From the human T2T-CHM13v2.0 reference genome, Homo sapiens: 64,000 nt of DNA. The stretch lies in NCBI RefSeq assembly GCF_009914755.1, contig NC_060941.1; one strand, given 5' to 3'. The notes beneath the pieces were generated by a model, which was given only the letters and a program-made list of their open reading frames with translations, was not told the DNA's origin and made no database searches. Below, one piece after another: positions 40,283 through 64,000 of the stretch (position 1 is its first letter; each line of letters opens with the position of its first letter). The translations under genes and the position numbers were made by a program.

Positions 40283-41549
40283 GATACAAAACAAAGTATA
40301 GTACAACAGCTTTTGTTTTAAAAATGAAAATGTATTACTTTGAAACTTTTTGCAAATTTAAAGAGCAAAGTTAGTTTTTGAAAATTTAAAGAAAAAGGTG
40401 AGTTAAACTCAAGTTACTCACGATCCTTTCTTTAAAATTTAATATGTATATTTTGAACTGGGGGTCTCGGTCATGTCTTTGTAAAAATTTTCTTCCTCTA
40501 ATTTCAGGTGCTTTGAGAACACTGTGAAGCTGAGTGTAATGACTCTTGTTCACCACGGAACACGCCGCATGAAGGTAACATTGTACCCCTCGCAGCTTCA
40601 TTTGTCTACAGGGTTTTTGAAATGACTGTTTCACATAAAGGCTTATCTACAAAAGCAAAAATCACAAAGGTCTTACTCGAGGTCGCATTAACATTTACTT
40701 ATATTTTTTCCAAGTCTTTTTATGGAATTAAATCATCAAACTTAGCTCTTTAATTCATCTGGAATTTATTTAAACTAACGGTGTGAGGTAACAACCCCTT
40801 TGTGACATTGTTTGACACACTGTACTTTTTTTAACTATACAAATGACCTGCCGTCTTTAGGGATCATTCACAAGGACCATTTTATAGTAAAATCACTTTA
40901 TAATGAGGTCCTCTTGGTCTTTAATAACAACCTCTTGGATGGCCTCCAAGATAAATCCATCCTCAACCAAGTGCTCCTATAGGATGACTGATGTTATAGT
41001 AAAATTCTAAATGCATCTGATGAATAATCTATATATATAGGACTGAGGGTTGAGTGTCAACGTGGATTAAAAGATAAAACCATTTAAAAATAGGAAAGGC
41101 AATTCCTCCACAGTTTCCATTAGGAAAAGAGTCATTAAACTCCTAAAATTGCTTTATCTAGTAGAGACATAGATTATGAATGAAAAATACACTAATTACA
41201 CTCTTTAATCTCAAACTTGACTCATTATCTGATTTAGCAACCTGATGATCATCTAATGCACATGAGAAAGAGAACTAAAAGTTCTGTTCCCCTCTAATAA
41301 TTTGTATAAGCTTAGCAATTCTCTCCACATCTTTAAGTGCTGCAGTAAATTTTCATTACACAATCCAAAGACACAGAAGATTCAGATAATCGAGATGCTG
41401 TAGAGGTAATAATAATCACATTCATAACCTGGGCTTCCCCAAGTCCTGAAGAGGCATTTCTAAGGGGAAGGTGGTATGGCTATCTTAGAGACAATGATCA
41501 AAACACAATGCTGCTGACTGCAAAAATATAAATAATCAAGAACCATGCA

Positions 41550-42085
<536 letters not shown>

Positions 42086-42193
42086 TAACCCAAGTCATGA
42101 TGATATCACAAGAGGGCAATTGTAACATACCACACTCTATCAGTCATTATTCTATTTTACAATGATTTGAATTTTTAAAAATGGATGGATCAT

Positions 42194-42670
42194 TGTTACA
42201 GATAGAATAATATCCCCCATGTTTAAGATGTCCATATCCTAATCCCCAGAAACTATGAATATGTTCCCTTACATGGCAAAAGGGACTTTGCAGATGTGAT
42301 TAAGGTTAAAAATCTGAGACGGGGGATTAGCCTGGATTATCCAGGTGGATCCAGTATAATCATATGAGTCCTGAAAAGCAGAGAACCTTTCCCAGCTGCC
42401 ATCAGAGGGAGTATGAAGAAGGGTCAGAGAGAGATAACTTACTGGCTTTGAAGACGAAAGAAGAGATGTGGGAGCCCTCTAGAAGCTAGAAAAAGTAAGG
42501 GAACGAATTCTCCAGAATGAGCCTCCAGAAAAGAATCAAGCTAACTGCTTGATCTGAGCCCTGTGGGACCTGCATTGGACTACTCACCTACAGAACTGTA
42601 AGATCATAAATGTGTTTTAAGTCACTAAGTTTGTGCTAATTTATTAAAGCAGCAATAGAAAACTAATACA
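42194..42670 (+). mobile_element. MLT1C/D solo LTR
   Basis: tgttacagatagaataat...ggcaaaagggactttgcagatgtgattaag...gaaaactaataca; 5-bp TSD ATCAT. Confidence 0.9.
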
Positions 42671-42699
42671 ATCATTTTTTAAAAATCCCCTTGAAACCA

Positions 42700-43290
42700 T
42701 TAGGTGTTTGGATATTTCCTATCTGTAGACATTCAGAAATGCAAGATCTGGATAGTGGGAAACTAAAGGGCAAATGCAGTTTCAATGAAGAAACTGCATA
42801 GAAGAAAAAGGAAGAGTTGGAAAAAGAACCTGTATATTAAAGAAACTTAAGAGACATAACTAGTTGCAATGTATGGGCCATATTTAGATCCTGAATTGAA
42901 CTACCTAAAAGAAAACATCACAGCACAATCAGGGAAACTTGAATGCTGAGTATTTGATTAGATTCAGGAAATATTGTTAACTTCTTAAGGATGATAATGG
43001 CATGTGACTATAGTTTTCCAAAACAGTATTTATCTTTTCCAAACATATTTCAGATATATATTCTCAAATATCCACTGATGAAATGATACGATGTCTGGGA
43101 TTTGCTCCCAAAATAACCTAGGGGCTGGGTAGGATGGGTAGGTTACGGGATGGCATATACATGTGAACAGATTGGCTATGGGTTGACAATCACTGAGGCT
43201 GGAGGATGAGTAGGACAAAGTCATTATCTGACACTCTCTACTATTACACGTTTGAAATTTTCCATAGTAAAAAGTTATCAATATTTTAAC
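42700..43290 (+). mobile_element. Old L1 (L1MC/MD-like) 3' fragment
   Basis: gatgaaatgatacgatgtctgggatttgct...gtttgaaattttccata. Confidence 0.7.
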
Positions 43291-43748
43291 AATACAACAG
43301 AGGGACATCCCTAAGAGCTGCAACTACAGTCCCTGGATTGAGTACAAGATCCAGACCCCAATGACTGTCTTCTTTTCCTGTGTCTTTGACATACATGAGA
43401 CTTCTTCTTTTTCTATGTCTTTGCCCCAGATCTGAGCCCAGCTAGTGGCACGGAGCACCAACATATTTAAATCAAGGACTGAAATGTACAACACTTGTTT
43501 AAATCAATGAATGACCACAGAGGGAGGGCCCTCTAGGTTTACAAAAGAAAGGAATACAGTCTCTGCTAGACAGAAAGACTCCTGGCCAATACTAGAGAGC
43601 CCTCTGAGTTTACACAGTCAAAAAAGTAGTTGATGTTGTGTTGTCCAGTGCCCACAGAGAAGCAATGAACCTTTCACATTTAACATACAGAAGGAGCTCT
43701 CCCTCAATAAAGGAAGGTAGGAATGAAAGAGAAGAAAATCAGGTCACC

Positions 43749-44066
<318 letters not shown>

Positions 44067-44912
44067 CTAGATAAAAAGTTAATCACTATGTTAGAAGACT
44101 CAGAGCAAGTTTAAGAATAGATGTTTTTATTTTTGTTTTAAGATTTTAGGAAAGGAATCCTTCTAGTCTAGGTGACAGCTACAAGAAAGGGTATCTTCAA
44201 AGAAAGTTTTCTGTGAAGCTGTGACTGCAAGGGTTCAAAGGTTAGCTACTAAGATTCCCCAGTGTGAAATGGAGTCTGGCTAGCCACCTTCTACAGCCCC
44301 ATTTCACATGCAAACACCAAGAGACCTAAGAACGCAGAAATCTAGAACGATTGCACAATTTCCTGCTAGAGTCTAGAAAGAACATCTATAGAAAACTCAT
44401 AAGACTAGATGAAGCTGATGAAGAAACCCCATCAAGAAAGACCTCCTGGGTGAAGGTGGAATGACACTTCATACTTCTCCAAGGTCTGCGATCCCACTCA
44501 GGGACAAGGGTGTATAATAACCAAAGCATTTTGAAACAAGAAACAAGTACCCTTGTTCCTTCTATCTCAGGGATCTTTGAGGCAATTAAGTGATTGTCAT
44601 CACCCACCCATCTTCTGCCTAATGCCCATTTCATGCTTCAAATTACAGCTGAAGGGGCACAGAAGCCAAATTGGCTAATTTGTTACGATGAGGCTTCACT
44701 TCTAGGTTAGGCAAGGAAGGCATTCCCTGCCCTTCAGTCTATGTTCTACCAGTAAACTGTAATTTTGGGATGATTTTCAAAGTTTCTAAGGGTCAGCTAG
44801 AGTGCAGAATGGCTAAGGGATTCCACGGGCTAAAGGAAGTCAGAAATGACCTTTTGTGGCTCTTTATTTTCATTTAATGCAGGACCTGGCAAGGACGCAA
44901 ACAAAGCCATAG

Positions 44913-45336
<424 letters not shown>

Positions 45337-45835
45337 GGAACATAGCATTTCAAAACACAAAGGTAAGAGCAGTGGAGAGAAACTGACCTGCAACCTGCGC
45401 TGCCGCTCCCCGCAAACTCCACCCACACCCCACAGGCCAGCAGGCTTCCCAAGGGTGAGAATCTTCATAAGGAAGCTCTGTTTTGGAGACTGTGACAAAC
45501 ACTTTGAGGAGCATCCTCTCACACTGACCTAAAGCAACCCCTGAAAATAGCACCTTCTCCGGGACGAGCATACTCTTCCCGACTGAAAACAGCTTTTCTT
45601 GGCAAAATGCAACAATGCCAGAAAATGCATGAGTATTAGCTATAAGGTGCTCCATTCAGGAAATGTGAGTCCTGAAGAGCGAATGGTTGTGCTGCATGTA
45701 AAGCTGTGTTGCTTTTCATTTTTTTCACTTTCCTCCAAATATGGTAATGGGTGAAGTATGTAAAACTGAAGATGTAAGAGAGTCACGGTGTTTCACTGAC
45801 TCAATAATTTCACTGTGAAAAGGGAATTCGAAATA

Positions 45836-49330
<3,495 letters not shown>

Positions 49331-49399
49331 AGCAGAATTAGAAAGAATAATGTATCTGTACATACTGACATTTTAAAAAGTCCATAACACATACTAAGT

Positions 49400-49720
<321 letters not shown>

Positions 49721-50331
49721 TAAAAAGGTGTGGAATTATATATATATGGAGAGAGCTAAATATCTCATGATTCCATTTATGTAAAATAAGTATATTTATA
49801 TTGAATATATGTATGTGAATGTATACAAAAGGTCTAAGGAAATACATATTAATCCGTTTCCAGTTTGAGATTGGAGAAACAATATGGAGGGCTTTCATCT
49901 TATACATTCCTATGTTGTTTACACTTTGTATAACAATCATGCATACTTCTGAAATTTTAAAAATATAAGAAAGTTTAAAAAAAAAAAGTTAAAAAGCCAC
50001 AGGGCAAAAGATAAAAAAGAAAAGCCAAACTGACATATTTTATAATTTAAAAAATAAAATGGAGTCTTGTGTTTGGAGACTAATTCCCAGTCGTGAAGCT
50101 AAAGTAAAGAGCATAAGCATCAAATTCGCTTGGACTTAGATTCAGATCTGCTCTCTCTGCTCTTGCCCAATGGAAAATCACCACTTCCATGAGCCACCGA
50201 GATGAGTGACAGCAACTGTCTATTCCTCAGGTATGCTGAGGCACACGCCAAAAGCTTTAAAAGACCAGCAGTTTTCACTCCAATTTTCAATGGGGATGAG
50301 GAACAATCAAGGCTCCAGTAGAAAATCTGGT

Positions 50332-50811
<480 letters not shown>

Positions 50812-51307
50812 CTAAAGAACAATATTAAATGCATGATATATCTCAAAACATGCAGCTCAAATGCAAATTACTCCCACAAGTGCAGAGGTGGCCAGCCTTG
50901 AATGCTTTGAAAATTCAATTCAAACCCAATTTATTGCATCGTTAGTTTATGCCAGGAACTGTATTCAGTGCTGGAAGAGATACAAGGATGAATAAGGCAC
51001 AAGCTTGGTCCTCAGAATTACAGCCTGTTATAGAGATGATGGGAGAACATAATATTTGTACTAATCCTCCAAGAGATGTTTCAGTTAATAATCCTAAAAG
51101 AAGTTGGTAATAAATGAGGTTCTTAAATTTCAAAAACAGAAGGCCGAACAGTGGCCTTTTTATTAGGACAAAGTTTGTCTCAGAGGCTACGTGACCCCAA
51201 AGGTACAAATATTATTTCTCAAGCAGACACAATGTTGCGACTACAGATTACAATGTTGTTGTTGTTTTAAAAAAAGACCATATAATTTCCCATTAAAGGG
51301 TATTTGG

Positions 51308-51649
<342 letters not shown>

Positions 51650-52002
51650 TCAATACCAATTTTGTGACTATAATGTAGCATTCATAACAGAATAAACACA
51701 TTCTGATTTGTCAATCTTAACCTTACTCCCTCTAATAATCCATGTGCCCTTTCTGCACGAGACCAGTTGGTCTCGCTGTCTAAGGAACAGGAAACACATG
51801 ATTTCCACCTCAGTCCCCATGTTTTCAGGATTTTTCTCCTCTCAAGTAGCTCCTCTCCTCTCCCCACCTGTCTGCATTCTGTCCAAGCTGAGAAGATCAT
51901 CTTGTCCAGGACACGACCTTCTGACCAATTCAACAAAGAGATGAACATTAGACTCATCTTTAGAGCTCTCAACAGATTCATGAAAAATCATAGAATAAAT
52001 GA

Positions 52003-59968
<7,966 letters not shown>

Positions 59969-59971
59969 ATA

Positions 59972-60285
59972 GGCTGGGTGCGGTGGCTCACACCTGTAAT
60001 CCCAGCACTTTGGGAGGCCAACGCAGGTGGATCACCTGAGGTCAGGAGTTCCAGACCAGCCCGGCCAACATGGTAAAACCCTGTCTCTACTAAAAACACA
60101 AAAATTAGCTAGGCATGGTGGCGGGCGCCTGTAATCCCAGCTACTTGGGAGGCTGAGGCAGGAAGAATTGCTTGAACTCAGGAGGCGGATGTTGCAGTGA
60201 GCCAAGATTGCGCCACTGCACTCCAACCTGGGCAACAAAGTGAGGCTCCATCTCAAAAACAAAACAAAAACAAACAAAAAACAAA
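59972..60285 (+). mobile_element. AluSx inserted in the L1 tail
   Basis: TSD aaaacaaaatgat. Confidence 0.9.
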
Positions 60286-61140
60286 ATGATGACAATGATG
60301 TTACAATAGCAATAACAACAGTTAACATGCAGTAAGCATTTGCCCTGTACAGACACGGCTCCAGGTGATTTATATATATTCACTCATATCTCCATTATTT
60401 ATAATTCTTCTAGCCTTGTTCACATCTCCCATATCATCCAGAAACAATTGCTACCCTATTATTTAACCTTTTATATAGATAAGGTGCATATCCACTAGAC
60501 AGAAGGCAGAAACTGAAAATCACCCTTCGCTGTACACACGCTGTCCCACAATATGGAGTGAACAGCTAATAGCATATCACCTACTGGCAACATATGAACA
60601 GAAAGTAGCTGGAGGATTCAATAATTTTTCATTCCAAAAACATTTACTTCGTAGTTATTATATAGTCGGCATTGCTCTCATTAATGGGCATGAAGAAAAA
60701 ATAGAATATAGACAAATGGACCAAAATCTCCACCCATACAAAGCATAGATTCTTGTTATCGGTGCTGTTTGCATTCTGGTGGGATGAAACAATGTGTAAA
60801 ATGTGTGCAAACTGTCTAATGTCGTACTTGGAAGATGTTAACTACTATCATAATACCAATTATTGCATTTTTTTACACAGAAGGCACTAAAAAATTTTAA
60901 ATAAATCTGTATATCACAAAAGCTATATTAATTTCACTTTTAGTTTAGAACTTTAAAGCCTTTGGAAGACTATTTCATGTAGCAAGAGACAAACCCAGGC
61001 AAAACTGGAAGAAAATTTTTGATTCCTTAGACTAAGATTTTAAGCACAGAGTTGGTCTCAAGTATACTAATTAGCATGCCAAACAGAAGTATGACTTTCT
61101 TCCACTTTACTAAAACGACAGGTGTGTTTCTTTGAAGTCT

Positions 61141-61472
61141 TTCTCTCTCTCTCTCTCTCTCATTCATTCATTCATCCATTCATTTATTTGAAACAGGGTC
61201 TCACTCTGTCACCCAGGCGGGAGTGCAGTGGTACAATCATCTCTCACCACACCCTTGACCTCCAGAGCTCAAGGGATCCTCCCACCTCAGCCTCCTGAGT
61301 AGCTGGGACTACAGGTGCGTGCCTCTGCACCTGGCTAATTATTTTTATTATTTGTAGAGATGGGGTCTCGCTATGTTGCCCAAGTTAGTCTTGAACTCCA
61401 GGGCTCAAACAAGCCTCCCACCTTGGCCTCCCAAAATGCTGGGATTACAGGCATGAGCCACTGTGCCCAGCT
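61141..61472 (-). mobile_element. AluJ with a (CT)n/(TCAT)n tail
   Basis: J-type ctcaagggatcctcccacc; microsatellite at 61141-61190. Confidence 0.87.
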
Positions 61473-61945
61473 GGAAGCCTTACTTTATGCCATTGGCACC
61501 AAATAGCCAAGATGTCAAGATTTTGGATTTCTTCTCTATAATAATTATTCAATTTCACGTACCTTCGAAGAAGGGGGAAGAATGCAATAGGAAAGGGAAG
61601 GAAAGAAGAAAATTCACATTCAAAGCCTATCCCAACTCTCATATCATCTTGCAAGAGCCACTTTTCAAATCAGGAATTACACAGGATTTGTCCATGGTTT
61701 ACTGCAAATGCAAGTGGGTCAGAGGTATGTAAAGATACTTTGAAAGTGCATTAGTAACCAGCTATGACCATCAAAATGAGTATATTGCCCCTGAGGTGTT
61801 ATTGCTCCTCTGAACTTAATGTTGGAACCAGTCACTGGTAGCTCCTGTGAGCCCTAGTGCATGCTTTTAAAAAGCTGTTATTCAAGGGGAAAAAATGTAA
61901 AAATATTTTTTTCACAATCTCAAAAATGACACATTAGAACCACAG

Positions 61946-61947
<2 letters not shown>

Positions 61948-61993
<46 letters not shown>

Positions 61994-62025
61994 CTGTTAG
62001 AAAATAAACACCTGTTAGAAAATAA
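61948..62025. repeat. (AT)20 followed by an 18-bp perfect tandem duplication
   Basis: acacctgttagaaaataa twice, at 61990-62007 and 62008-62025. Confidence 0.95.
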
Positions 62026-62719
62026 AAGTGACAATATGGGCACAATTTAATACTAATATCAAACATACATCACCACAGACATATATAGAAAGGATTTCCC
62101 AGGGTTATCTGATTCCCAAGGCTGAACTGTCTAACTCCACTTCTCTCTGGTTTGTTTGGTGTTTCTACTTTCCTGATGCCCCAAACCTATGAGGAAATCC
62201 AGCAATTTCACTCACTGACCTTCACTCAGAAAAGCAGGTAAGATCATGAGATCATAGGTATCCCTGGATGTACACCTGATTCTCTTTTCATTTGGTTTTA
62301 TGTTCAATTTAACATTTGGGGTGGTGCCTATTATTACTGTTCTAGGTACTAGGAAAATACGAAAAATAATATGAAAACATAATTCTTGCTTTCAAGGAGT
62401 TTATAATCAAATTGAAATGAGAAACTCACCAACATGAAGCACACTAGTTAAAATAAGAGAGCATCTAGCTTTGTATCCCTCCTGGGCAATTCCAAAAACC
62501 TCTTCAGCTCTGGTTTTCTCACCCATAAAACAAGCAAACTAAGTGGGCCAATGGTTTTCAACCTTCTTTCTGGCCCAACACTTGAGGATATGATACCCTT
62601 GTTATTAGTGACATTGGGGAGTAAGTGGGGAAGACTCATCTTGGTGGGAGAAAGCAGATATTCTTTTTAATCCTGCAAAAGATGATTTCCTATTGTTGCA
62701 AATTGTGAATTAGATTTTT

Positions 62720-64000
<1,281 letters not shown>

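Overview
Primate (almost certainly human) genomic DNA from inside the syntaxin-8 gene (STX8), which is transcribed on the minus strand. Only two internal coding exons are present: 50687-50811 (125 nt) and 37471-37563 (93 nt). They splice in frame to give ...[73 protein letters not shown](E)..., the linker plus the N-terminal half of the Qc-SNARE motif. The rest is intron: roughly 55-60 Alu/FLAM/FAM copies, a near-full-length but dead L1MA-type LINE, older L1/L2/MIR fragments, MaLR/ERVL solo LTRs and hAT/Tigger DNA-transposon fossils. Almost all listed ORFs are Alu or L1 artefacts. I see no evidence of a new gene or biological system. The most notable unexplained structures are fossil rearrangements: an Alu-mediated inversion revealed by swapped target-site duplications (about 20.0-20.6 kb), a 365-bp dispersed duplication with a templated-insertion junction (3.8-5.5 kb), and a 62-bp orphan retroposed insert of unknown source (about 34.9 kb). 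Repeat subfamily names were recognised by eye, and repeat boundaries are approximate unless a TSD is quoted.
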